In this document: positions 27,842-36,566 of the stretch, piece after piece
How positions within the stretch are numbered: position 1 is the first letter of the stretch
How the letters are laid out: the number at the start of each line of letters is the position of its first letter
Origin: a virus
Taxonomy: Duplodnaviria; Caudoviricetes
IMG/VR virus record: IMGVR_UViG_3300042465_001021
Location: 1-61,316 of that record
Length of the DNA stretch: 61,316 nt
Direction: 5' to 3' (one strand)
Translations under genes and position numbers: made by a program
The notes under the pieces: model-generated
The model's database searches: none
Told to the model about the DNA's origin: nothing
Seen by the model: only the letters and a program-made list of their open reading frames with translations

Positions 27842-28250
27842 TGCTCTTGCTCTCCTTAACTATCGGTTCACCTCGGAGTGAAACCATGATTGAAGACGGT
27901 GTGACCACGCAGTAATAGTTTTCATTAACACGCCAACCAAAGTCGGGGTGTGGATAACCTTCCAAGTCTCTCGGCGGGAATGTCACCATGTTCATGTACG
28001 CATCTTTCTTTTCAAAGTCTATGCCTTCGGCAGAAAACCAACCCTTGTCACCACGCGCAGCGATGATAGCCAGACGTTCTCTGAAGAAGTCTGGTAACGT
28101 CTGATTTGTGTAATAGTTAACTCTGCCGGGATCAATGAACAACTTGTATTCATTCCCATCGGTGGTACTTGTTACTTTGATAGGTACACGCCACGCATCT
28201 CTAACGATGTCCTGAAACGCACACAGTTCGTTGTGCAGTCCCACGGTCAA
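27819..28250 (-). CDS. hypothetical protein
   Basis: 143-aa ORF in packed operon. Confidence 0.55.
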   Translation of the reverse strand: MTVGLHNELCAFQDIVRDAWRVPIKVTSTTDGNEYKLFIDPGRVNYYTNQTLPDFFRERLAIIAARGDKGWFSAEGIDFEKKDAYMNMVTFPPRDLEGYPHPDFGWRVNENYYCVVTPSSIMVSLRGEPIVKESKSNDTRGEG

Positions 28251-29239
28251 ACCTCGATCAGGTATGCAGGACAGTCAGCCCAGTAAGCACGGACGACAGA
28301 CCCTGCCGCAGGCCATACCGTCGTAGCCGTATCACGCACAGGCAGCAACTCGCTACTCCCCGTGTGAACTTTTAACATCATCAGCGATGGCATCAGTTGT
28401 GCCTTCAGATCCTCGGGCAGATTGTCGAGGGACTTGTGCCACGCTGCACCATGTATCTCAAAGTGATCGCGGTTGGAGTGCCTTTTACTTACACAGTAAG
28501 TCTCAATTTCTTTCAGCAAAGCATCACGACCCACACGGCCAATGATGTAACCGTCGAGAATGTCTTTGACGATGATCCACTTGTCACCAAGCACAAACGA
28601 TCTCGCTTGTCTCGCGGCTTCTTCGCGCTTCTCAAGTTGCCGCATATATTCTTTATGCCGAATCTCGCATACACGGTAGGAGTCAGGACTCATCGACGCA
28701 CGATCAATCTCGCCCATCGCCAGTCTGATGAGTTCGATACGAGTGTCACCATCTAATGACTCAACACTCGGTGTTTCAAACAATGCCCTATAACCTTCAT
28801 ACATGGCAGACGAGATCAACTCTCTGATCAGATGACTCAACTTGGTGCGCCCGGCCACAGTCCAGTCCTTGATCTGGTTGGAGTGCTTCTTCAAGTTTGC
28901 TGCGATGTATTTGATGTTGGTACTACGCAGCACAGCGTCCGTCGTGTATTCGTTCAATCGCAGGCCAGAAGCAAAAGAATTATTGATGTAGTCAAACAGC
29001 CAGTACTTTGTAGACGACTTCGGATGCTTGGCCAGTCCGATGCACGCGACCGGCACACCTTCCTTCGTCGTGAACACCATGTGTTTATTTTCTACCTCAT
29101 AGTTCACACCCCCGATCACCCACTCACCCTCGGTGATGTTGTAGAGTTGTGCGTACACGCTCCAGTAGTCAGAGCGCATGATGGCTGCTTGCTCATACTG
29201 CGGGAACTTGTTGGCCAGAAAGAATTTTGATAAGTCCAT
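28247..29239 (-). CDS. hypothetical protein
   Basis: About 330-aa ORF; GAGGTG before ATG 29239. Confidence 0.6.
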   Translation of the reverse strand: MDLSKFFLANKFPQYEQAAIMRSDYWSVYAQLYNITEGEWVIGGVNYEVENKHMVFTTKEGVPVACIGLAKHPKSSTKYWLFDYINNSFASGLRLNEYTTDAVLRSTNIKYIAANLKKHSNQIKDWTVAGRTKLSHLIRELISSAMYEGYRALFETPSVESLDGDTRIELIRLAMGEIDRASMSPDSYRVCEIRHKEYMRQLEKREEAARQARSFVLGDKWIIVKDILDGYIIGRVGRDALLKEIETYCVSKRHSNRDHFEIHGAAWHKSLDNLPEDLKAQLMPSLMMLKVHTGSSELLPVRDTATTVWPAAGSVVRAYWADCPAYLIEV

Positions 29240-29240
29240 G

Positions 29241-29462
29241 TCACACCTCACTTTCAAAGATAGTTGCGTCTAACACAGGTTGATCCGTTGCCTTAAGCAA
29301 ACGGTTAGCGATCTGCCGAATCTCGTCGATGTTGTCGCCCACCATGCACACGGTTGAATATCCTTCAGGTTTGTCATCGTCGTCGTAGAACACCTCGGCA
29401 AAGGTGTAATACTCATCGCCCCACGCATCGATGTGGCGTAATACTCTGTGATTCCAAGTCAT
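29241..29462 (-). CDS. hypothetical protein
   Basis: MTWNHRVL...EVFYDDDDKP, a common phage family. Confidence 0.65.
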   Translation of the reverse strand: MTWNHRVLRHIDAWGDEYYTFAEVFYDDDDKPEGYSTVCMVGDNIDEIRQIANRLLKATDQPVLDATIFESEV

Positions 29463-29467
29463 ATCAT

Positions 29468-29710
29468 TTAATCCTCGTAGCCGTCGATGTACGCCTTCAC
29501 TCGCTCCAAGGCATGTTTTCCCTCAAACTTAATAAACTTAAGCGGTGACGTTAGTATTTCTGCCTTGGTCAAAAACTTTACTGTCTTTTCCTGTCGCATT
29601 CTTCCAAGCAACGTCAACGAGTCATACGTTAGATCTATGCGGTGCTTCTTGTACTTCACGACCCGCGAGACCTCTTTTAATACGTACCCTTCCACTCCTG
29701 ATACTTGCAT
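29468..29710 (-). CDS. hypothetical protein
   Basis: GGAGGTG before ATG 29710. Confidence 0.55.
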   Translation of the reverse strand: MQVSGVEGYVLKEVSRVVKYKKHRIDLTYDSLTLLGRMRQEKTVKFLTKAEILTSPLKFIKFEGKHALERVKAYIDGYED

Positions 29711-29711
29711 C

Positions 29712-30878
29712 TCACACCTCCTTATCCATTCGGATCGCAGTCCCTGATACCGGCTTGAATCCAATCTTGCGAGTCACGACCCACAGTGTCGGTATCTTTG
29801 TGTCCCACTTCACGTTGTCCTCGATGTAGCCGTCAGTGAACATCACCAAGCAGTCAGCACTCATCGACTTCTTGGTTAAGAATTCACTTACACATGAAGC
29901 GATAGTTCCACCACCTCCCTGCGGCTTCAGCATATGAGCGATGCCGTCGTAGTTACCTTCGAACACCTGCTCACCGTGCACCTGCGTATCCCACCACAAC
30001 ACACGCACCTTCTCGGGACTCACTGTGTCGCAGATGGCTACGATCTCGGATGCAAACTCAGTCAACTGTGCGGAGTCGATGCTGCCCGACGTATCGATGG
30101 CGATGATCAACTCACCCACACGCTCACTGATCGTAGATGGCAAGTAAATATCATCAGCCAAGCGACGACGATTCAACTTACGCCACGTGTAGTCCTCTGC
30201 ACCACGACAAGCGGATGACACAAAGTCTCTCAGCACATCACGCCACGACAACTTTGGCTCCATCAACTCTTGAATGACACGAGGAACTTTGACACCGAAC
30301 TTGCCTGCCAACATCCCACCTTGTTGAATGGCCTCGTTGATCTTGTCAGACAGACCCTTCAACTCCTCGGGACTCGCGCCCTCGACGCCATCCATGTCAT
30401 GCTCGTCAAGCGGTTTCATTCGCCCGCCTCCGCCACCATTCTTCTCGTCGTTCTTCAGATCGTTGTACACCTCACGCACCGACCAGTTGTGATACTTGGG
30501 GTCATACAACCCACCTTTCGGCAGACGCAGCAAACCTGCATCCTTCTTGCCGATCTCAACGATGATGTCATTCACCACAAAGTCCATAGCGATGTTGGCG
30601 AGCTTGGCGTTCTCCTTCATCAAGTCCTTGTGTCGTGGGAGATGCTTCAACATCACGTGCAGATTCTCGTGAAGCACCAGCGCAGCGATCTCCTCGACAG
30701 TCAGTGACTCCATGAACTTGCGACCGTATCGCTTGTTGAACCCATCCGTATACGCAGTGGGTACGTTGTCCTCGACAGTTGACTCGCCAAGCAACATCAC
30801 ACCTGCATACAGACAAGTCTCGGGGTGTCTCATCAATCGGATGTGAGACTTCTTCAAGACAGTTTCCATGTTGTTCAT
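29712..30878 (-). CDS. HExxH metallopeptidase + VWA domain protein (DUF2201-like)
   Basis: TAYTDG, LHENLH (HExxH), NIAMDFVVN, IDTSGSI (MIDAS), GGGGT, FTDGY. Confidence 0.85.
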   Translation of the reverse strand: MNNMETVLKKSHIRLMRHPETCLYAGVMLLGESTVEDNVPTAYTDGFNKRYGRKFMESLTVEEIAALVLHENLHVMLKHLPRHKDLMKENAKLANIAMDFVVNDIIVEIGKKDAGLLRLPKGGLYDPKYHNWSVREVYNDLKNDEKNGGGGGRMKPLDEHDMDGVEGASPEELKGLSDKINEAIQQGGMLAGKFGVKVPRVIQELMEPKLSWRDVLRDFVSSACRGAEDYTWRKLNRRRLADDIYLPSTISERVGELIIAIDTSGSIDSAQLTEFASEIVAICDTVSPEKVRVLWWDTQVHGEQVFEGNYDGIAHMLKPQGGGGTIASCVSEFLTKKSMSADCLVMFTDGYIEDNVKWDTKIPTLWVVTRKIGFKPVSGTAIRMDKEV

Positions 30879-31054
30879 ACTTCCACTACCTCTTGCTTCA
30901 CTTCCACGTGAACTCCTATTTCTTTTATGCGCTTCAGATGTCCGATATCAAACGTCATGCGACCCATGAGATTGGCGAATCGTTGCGCGGTTATGTCAAC
31001 AGGGTAGAACCGTATCGTCCCGTAATGTTCTTTCTTCTCAACTACCATGTTCAT
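30875..31054 (-). CDS. small hypothetical protein (59 aa, not in ORF track)
   Basis: MNMVVEKKEHYGTIRFYPVD...; GAGGTG RBS; ATGA overlap with the next gene. Confidence 0.6.
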   Translation of the reverse strand: MNMVVEKKEHYGTIRFYPVDITAQRFANLMGRMTFDIGHLKRIKEIGVHVEVKQEVVEV

Positions 31055-31062
31055 ACATCACC

Positions 31063-32148
31063 TCAGATCAGCAACTCAAAGTTAGTCTTTGCCCACGCAC
31101 TCACTTGGTCGTTACCTCGTGCGATCCGCATGGTGCGCTTGTTCTGCAACAGCATCGTGAAGAAAACTGCCTGCACCTCGGATGACTTCAGTCGGTTCAC
31201 GAACTTCATGAACTTACTCAGATCGTCCTGTGTCTCCAAAGTATCGATGGCGTTGAACATCATCATGAAGAGCGCGGCAGGTTTCTCAGGGATCGCCACA
31301 CCTTCAGGATCAGCCAACACTTGCTTAACCGATACCAACTCCCGCTCCAATGTCAGGAACGCAGCCATCGACTCAGCCGCAGCAGCACCGATAGTCCCGG
31401 CCAGTGCAGAGTGAGTCAGTTTGTCGCCCAACTTTGTACGGTTCCGAACAATCGGATCACACTTGGCCAACGAGCGCGGAGATACGAAAGACAACACACG
31501 CTTGGACGGATTGAAGATGAATGGATTCTCTTCTTGCCCACCATCCAAGTAACTCGCCAATGCACGCTCGTTCATCGCAACCCATGCTCTAACAGTTGCA
31601 GCGATGTTGTTCTCGGTAGCCCACGGCAGCCATGTGTGTGCAGTTGATTTGGACACCGGCACGATGGTCAGTCGATTGCCACCATGCGCGAGGATCGCAT
31701 CGCCCACACCATCAGAGAAGTTATTAGTCGTTGCAAAGATGATCGAGTCCTCGGGCAGTGCATAGTCACCCGCCACATGATCCAGAATTAGACGCATCGC
31801 CATCTTCTGCATCAGTTTGTCACCCTTGCCGATCTCGTCGATCATGATGATCTTCGGCTTGTTCGACTTGAACTTGAACAGGGACGATGGATAGAACTCC
31901 AACTCACCAGTCTCCCGATTCGGAGCGCGGATGAACAGGTCGCCCATGTCCGTCGTTGACCAGTCGAGATAGATGTGGTCGTACCTGTCGGTGGGGTAGT
32001 CCTCGTCGTTCTTGAACCGTTGCAGGATGGATGACTTGCCGATACCCGGCTCACCCACGAACAGGATCGTGTTCGTCCTGCCCAGAGTCTTGGCCAGTGT
32101 GTATGCCTCGTCGATGTTGACGGGATTGGTAAACAAATTAGTAGCCAT
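31063..32148 (-). CDS. MoxR-like AAA+ ATPase
   Basis: Walker A GEPGIGKS, Walker B IMIDE, ATTN, SPRS; adjacent to the VWA-peptidase. Confidence 0.85.
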   Translation of the reverse strand: MATNLFTNPVNIDEAYTLAKTLGRTNTILFVGEPGIGKSSILQRFKNDEDYPTDRYDHIYLDWSTTDMGDLFIRAPNRETGELEFYPSSLFKFKSNKPKIIMIDEIGKGDKLMQKMAMRLILDHVAGDYALPEDSIIFATTNNFSDGVGDAILAHGGNRLTIVPVSKSTAHTWLPWATENNIAATVRAWVAMNERALASYLDGGQEENPFIFNPSKRVLSFVSPRSLAKCDPIVRNRTKLGDKLTHSALAGTIGAAAAESMAAFLTLERELVSVKQVLADPEGVAIPEKPAALFMMMFNAIDTLETQDDLSKFMKFVNRLKSSEVQAVFFTMLLQNKRTMRIARGNDQVSAWAKTNFELLI

Positions 32149-32172
32149 GTCACTTTCCTCGTAGTTGTTTAA

Positions 32173-33093
32173 TTAAAGTCCAAACTTCGACAGGATGTCA
32201 TCGACACCCTCTTTCACCACGACACGCTTGGTGTCGCTCTCACGCAGTTGATCAATCGTCACCCCGTCGAGGATGCGTAGCAGGTTAGTCCTCGCTTCCT
32301 CCAGAGATGAATCCCTAGTTAAGTTGAACTCAGCGAATGTGTTACATAATTCAACCGCTCGTTGTAGCGTTGTGTCGTATAACTTTCTCCGCTTAACTTT
32401 GATCTCTCCGTTCTCACCCACGACAGTCTCAGTCTCGCAGCAGTGGGACAGCGACTGCATCACCTCGATCAGTTGTGCCTTCTGCTTGTTGAGAATGTCA
32501 TCGACCAGACCACGCGCTTGTCGCTCGTAGTGAACTTGCAAGTCTGTGGCTAGGTCGTTTGCAATCCGACAACGGAAGTCACCAGTCGGAACCTCTGCCG
32601 TGTAGATATCGATAGAGAACTTCTTGAACACCTCGTTGATGGTCGGGTAGTCCTCTCGCTTGAACATATCTCCCTGCACGAACGCCATGTTCGACACGAT
32701 GGTGGGATATGCCTTAATAAAGTCATCGACGAGACGAGTGAACTCTGCCTTGTGTTGATTCATCTCCGCCATGAACCGTGGCAACTCGACCACGGGCAGT
32801 ATGCGTTGACTTCCAGCCCAGTCGTACGTACGTCGTTGCATCCAGTTGTATACGGTCTGGCGATAATTCAACACGCGCTTGTGCTCGTTGTTCTTGGCCA
32901 GTAGATGCTTGACGAACTTGCCTGAGTCCCGATCCGCTTTCTTGGCAGCAGTCACCTCGTCGCTGATCTCGCTGTCCTGCATGGTCGCAGTCCATACCCG
33001 CACATCCACGTTGACCAGAACGCACGACGTTGCAAGCGATACGATGTGATCCGGCTTCGACAAAAACTGTGTATTACCGTTATTACCATCCAT
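32173..33093 (-). CDS. conserved phage protein (DUF3150-like coiled coil)
   Basis: 306 aa; VWTA..D...KHLL...TYDW...RILP...YP; AGGAG RBS; promoter upstream. Confidence 0.6.
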   Translation of the reverse strand: MDGNNGNTQFLSKPDHIVSLATSCVLVNVDVRVWTATMQDSEISDEVTAAKKADRDSGKFVKHLLAKNNEHKRVLNYRQTVYNWMQRRTYDWAGSQRILPVVELPRFMAEMNQHKAEFTRLVDDFIKAYPTIVSNMAFVQGDMFKREDYPTINEVFKKFSIDIYTAEVPTGDFRCRIANDLATDLQVHYERQARGLVDDILNKQKAQLIEVMQSLSHCCETETVVGENGEIKVKRRKLYDTTLQRAVELCNTFAEFNLTRDSSLEEARTNLLRILDGVTIDQLRESDTKRVVVKEGVDDILSKFGL

Positions 33094-33171
33094 AACTTTC
33101 TCTCCTGTTGTGATTCACTTCGTGGTGAAGTCTTAAATAACGTTGTGTATCTGTCGCTCTACCATTTTCAA

Positions 33172-33225
33172 TATTATAACAAAGGTTTACATATAAAGCA
33201 AGGGGTTTGAGCAAAAAAGTTATCT
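33172..33225 (-). promoter_or_regulatory. sigma70 early promoter copy 1 with UP-like element
   Basis: Minus strand CTTTTTTGCTCAAACCCC-TTGCTT-N17-TATAAT. Confidence 0.8.
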
Positions 33226-33226
33226 A

Positions 33227-33355
33227 TTAGAAAGCCCCCTCTGTGACTTCCCATGTTGATAGCCCCTCCTTCAACTCCTCACGCTCCATCCATTCAAGTT
33301 CTAACTCACGCTGGTATGCAGCGGCTTCGTCTGCGGCTAGTTGTTCGTCTTCCAT
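33227..33355 (-). CDS. small acidic peptide (42 aa, not in ORF track)
   Basis: MEDEQLAADEAAAYQRELELEWMEREELKEG...; GGGGAG RBS. Confidence 0.5.
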   Translation of the reverse strand: MEDEQLAADEAAAYQRELELEWMEREELKEGLSTWEVTEGAF

Positions 33356-33357
33356 AG

Positions 33358-33558
33358 TCACTCCCCATCCAACGCAGTCCAATTCAGAACCAACGGTCTG
33401 ATCCGGTAGTCACTCAGATCACCGCCGAAATAGGGCGCGTCATTTAGATACGCTCTCACCGCTTCCTTCGCCAACTCTGGGTCGGTATGGATAGATAAGA
33501 GTGTCGGCGCGTCATCGACCAACCACTCAACCACATGAACCACTCTCTTCTCACTCAT
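33358..33558 (-). CDS. hypothetical early protein
   Basis: 66-aa ORF with coupled start. Confidence 0.55.
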   Translation of the reverse strand: MSEKRVVHVVEWLVDDAPTLLSIHTDPELAKEAVRAYLNDAPYFGGDLSDYRIRPLVLNWTALDGE

Positions 33559-33764
33559 CGCACTAGTCCTCCCTTGTTGTTAAATCCCACGATCTCCTCA
33601 CGGTTCGCAGGCACTTGGTAGTTGCTCTTGTGCATGGGCAGCACACAAAACTTCCTCTCACTTGCCTGCTTCTCGCCACACGGCATACAGGACAAATAGC
33701 CAAGCACAACCCGCTCGTCCTCGACGAACTCTCCGTAACATCGGTTACACAACTTCTTGATCAT
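33555..33764 (-). CDS. small Zn-binding early protein
   Basis: CNRC...CMPCG...PMHKSNY. Confidence 0.65.
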   Translation of the reverse strand: MIKKLCNRCYGEFVEDERVVLGYLSCMPCGEKQASERKFCVLPMHKSNYQVPANREEIVGFNNKGGLVR

Positions 33765-34108
33765 GCTGCTTTCTCCATCACGGTTGCCTCGACCCCGCTG
33801 TCTATAATTTGTCTCAGCGTTGCCGTGTCTACCTCGACGCAGGACTCATGCGGATGGCAAAGACCCTTGTGTTTGGACGTTGTGAGTGAGTACCTGTCCT
33901 TGTTGGCAAACCAACGGTTCACCTCATAACTGAACACATACATGGGGAAGTGATGCCCGTATGAGTAGACGACGTAAGTCGTGAGTGATGAACCCCGCCG
34001 AGTCCGTCCGGGCATGAACGTGGCTTGGATGTTGTTTGCTTCAAATGGCTTGTGTGCCTTCACGTAGTCCCGCGCTTCCCGGTTCGTAATTCTGTCTGGC
34101 TTGGTCAT
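33761..34108 (-). CDS. hypothetical early protein
   Basis: AAGGAG RBS; YVVYSYGHHFP...YSLTTSKH conserved phage motif. Confidence 0.65.
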   Translation of the reverse strand: MTKPDRITNREARDYVKAHKPFEANNIQATFMPGRTRRGSSLTTYVVYSYGHHFPMYVFSYEVNRWFANKDRYSLTTSKHKGLCHPHESCVEVDTATLRQIIDSGVEATVMEKAA

Positions 34109-34186
34109 GTCGTTCTCCTTTCTGCGATTCATGTCTGGGTGAAGTCTTAATTAGCGTCGCTCTTCATGCCTTCCTCGATTTTCTAT

Positions 34187-34239
34187 AGTATAACAAACAT
34201 TTACGAATAAATCAAGGGGTTTGAGCAAAAAAGATATCT
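34187..34239 (-). promoter_or_regulatory. sigma70 early promoter copy 2
   Basis: Minus strand CTTTTTTGCTCAAACCCC-TTGATT-N17-TATACT; near-identical to copy 1. Confidence 0.8.
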
Positions 34240-34270
34240 GGCGAAGTGTGTCCGGTAGGTGGATAAAATC

Positions 34271-34623
34271 TGTTCCACTTGTTCCAACTTGTTCCAATTT
34301 TGAAACTTAGCTAATGGAACAGAACGCGATTTGGGTGAAGTTGTAAGTTATTGTTTTTTATAGATTTAGTAGTAGTAGTAGTAGTTAAAAAATGTATGTT
34401 GTTCCATTGTTCCATGAATTTTAGATAGGAAGGATATAACCCCCTGTTGCTTTACTCTCCGCGCAAAAGACTTTGCCGACTCGGTTCCGACCCTGCTGTT
34501 CCAGTCCCTACCTAAAAAACTTGGAACATTGGAACAGAATTTGACTTTTCTTAATAAAAACAATGACTTAGCGATTTTGAACTTGGAACAAAACTTGGAA
34601 CAAGTTGGAACAGACTTGGAACA
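34271..34623. repeat. inverted array of TGGAACA/TGTTCCA repeats, candidate replication origin
   Basis: 13 copies of the 7-mer, mostly TGTTCCA on the left and TGGAACA on the right; 15-bp inverted repeat TAAGT(T/C)ATTGTTTTT; (TAG)n run; AT-rich. Confidence 0.7.
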
Positions 34624-34804
34624 ACAGGGTGCGTGAGTTTTTTTCGTAATTAACCACGCTTGAACTTGATTCACTTCGAGGTGAAGTCTTATTTAGTGGA
34701 ACTACCTGCGTGGTCTGGACGTTGTTTTGGCCATGCCTCTCCCCGCGCAAACGCGACACGCGCGCACAAACAAGGAACTGGCTTCAATCCTGCTTCGCGC
34801 AGGC

Positions 34805-34837
34805 AAAAAAATACCCGGTGACCTTGCGGCCACCGGG
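34805..34837 (-). terminator. Rho-independent terminator
   Basis: Minus strand CCCGGTGGCC-GCAA-GGTCACCGGG-TATTTTTTT just after the 34853-35482 stop. Confidence 0.85.
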
Positions 34838-34852
34838 CGAAGTTGGGAAGTG

Positions 34853-35482
34853 TTACGCCTTGTTGATCACGTGGGTTAGCATCTTGATCAAGTCAGCCTT
34901 GTCTTTCGGTGCGGTCGGGTCGCTGTTCTTTCTGGCCGTTGCTGCACGTTTCAGCATCGCCTGAACCACGCCTTTCTGATTGTCGGCAATCCAGTCTAGG
35001 TATGACTTGTTAGCGTCACGTGTCCGGCCTGTCTTGTTAGCGACTATCGCCTTGATTGCAGTCATGAGAGAGTTCATGCGATTCGACTTGTACTTGTTAA
35101 CAGCGTCGCGCCACTTTGCAACCATTTCATATTGCGCCGGGTCTTTCGTTTTCAGTTGACCGAATTCGTACGCGGTCAATCCCGATGCATAGTGCACGGT
35201 GAGGCTGAATATAGCGTCGTCGTCTGAGACTTCCTTAGGCGATTCGATGGCCGTGTATTCGCTGCCCTTGTGGACGAAATAGGCCGTGCCCATCAATTCA
35301 GCCTTGCGGCCGATCATGCCCTTTTCCAATTCAGCCTTAGCCTCGTCGGACAATGTGCCGCCCGGATAACGGCGCACCAATTCACGTGCGATAGTTTCAA
35401 CGGTGTCCTGCTGTGAGGCGACCGCGTAACCGATTGACTCAAGATTGGCCGATGCGATTTTCTGCAAGTTAAGAGATTGCAT
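34853..35482 (-). CDS. first leftward (immediate-early) hypothetical protein
   Basis: 209 aa; AAAGGA RBS; own terminator; putative promoter TTTACT-N17-TATAAC near 35535-35563. Confidence 0.7.
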   Translation of the reverse strand: MQSLNLQKIASANLESIGYAVASQQDTVETIARELVRRYPGGTLSDEAKAELEKGMIGRKAELMGTAYFVHKGSEYTAIESPKEVSDDDAIFSLTVHYASGLTAYEFGQLKTKDPAQYEMVAKWRDAVNKYKSNRMNSLMTAIKAIVANKTGRTRDANKSYLDWIADNQKGVVQAMLKRAATARKNSDPTAPKDKADLIKMLTHVINKA

Positions 35483-35785
35483 AGCGATTTTCCTTTCTCT
35501 GATTGCGTCACGCGGAATTGCGTGGCGTGTAATAGTTATATATCAAGTGAATCGATAAGTAAAGTTTCACCTAGAAATGAATCACTATTCAGCCCCCACC
35601 TACCCGGCACCCCCCCAAATCCGCTTTGGAGTCCCGCGCTCCCCCCACACCCCTGAATCCACACAAATAACGTCGCATTTTTCAAAACTTGGCTACCCCA
35701 CCCCCTTCATATAGAAAACCCCCCCGTCATCAATTTGGTACCATGCTCTTTGCTTTTATATATTTTGTTTGTACTATCCACAGAC

Positions 35786-36355
35786 ATGGAAGCTCACCCG
35801 CTAACCCAACCGCTTGTCCCCGACATCGATGACAACATTCCGCTCCCGGCTAACGCTCGGGAAGCTTTCCCTGAACTGTCCGTGCCTGAAGAAATTGATA
35901 TGCGGGCAAGGACAATTAAGTTGATCTCGGACATCACGCAGACGCCAATCATCCCGACAGACGAGGATGCCGATGCCGCCAAAAGTTTGGCGCGTGAAAT
36001 GGTGGAGAACCCCGAGAAGAAGCCTGACTTCAGTATCTATCCGAACGAAGTCATCGCTATGTACGCTGGGATTGCTGCAAGGTACAACCACATGATCGTC
36101 AAAGATTTGGCGGAGCTAAAACTCTATGTGGTTAATAAGTTATTTGAGACAGTCGAAGCAGCCGATGACCCCAAGACTCGCGTCTCTGCGCTAAAAGCAC
36201 TGGGCGAAGTGGACGGAATTGACGCCTTTAAACGCCGTACAGAAACAACACACATCATCAAGCCCATTGAAGAAGTCGAGAAGGAGCTTCTCTCGGTGCT
36301 AGAAGGCATTGAGTACAAGGTTATCGAAGAGAAAAGTGGGCCTAGCAATGGGTGA
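35786..36355 (+). CDS. terS: probable terminase small subunit
   Basis: First rightward gene upstream of terL; RVSALKALGEVDGIDAF helical motif; ATG 35786. Confidence 0.5.
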   Translation: MEAHPLTQPLVPDIDDNIPLPANAREAFPELSVPEEIDMRARTIKLISDITQTPIIPTDEDADAAKSLAREMVENPEKKPDFSIYPNEVIAMYAGIAARYNHMIVKDLAELKLYVVNKLFETVEAADDPKTRVSALKALGEVDGIDAFKRRTETTHIIKPIEEVEKELLSVLEGIEYKVIEEKSGPSNG

Positions 36356-36566
36356 TATCGTCAAATTTAAGGGCAAGAAGGGTAAAAAAGCGGTCGAGGC
36401 GCAGGAAGAAGTCACCATCGTGGCTTGTGGGAACTGTGAAGAGCCGGTTTTCTTCCTATCAGTAGACGGAAGAGTGTTTTGCGAAGTGTGTTTGCACCCC
36501 GTTGCCGCACTTTGGGTGCCGACAGACGAAGAACTTAACCCAGATCCGCCTAATCCCGCCGCATGA
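36348..36566 (+). CDS. small zinc-ribbon protein
   Basis: CGNC...CEVC. Confidence 0.6.
   Translation: MGDIVKFKGKKGKKAVEAQEEVTIVACGNCEEPVFFLSVDGRVFCEVCLHPVAALWVPTDEELNPDPPNPAA

Noticed and set aside
34271-34623. Short repeats considered as a CRISPR array
   Set aside because: Units are 7-8 bp, irregularly spaced and in both orientations; no unique ~30-bp spacers or cas genes
34366-34964. ORFs 34366-34674, 34568-34759 and 34710-34964
   Set aside because: They translate the repeat array and terminator (CSK repeats, poly-Tyr) and lack an RBS; treated as non-coding
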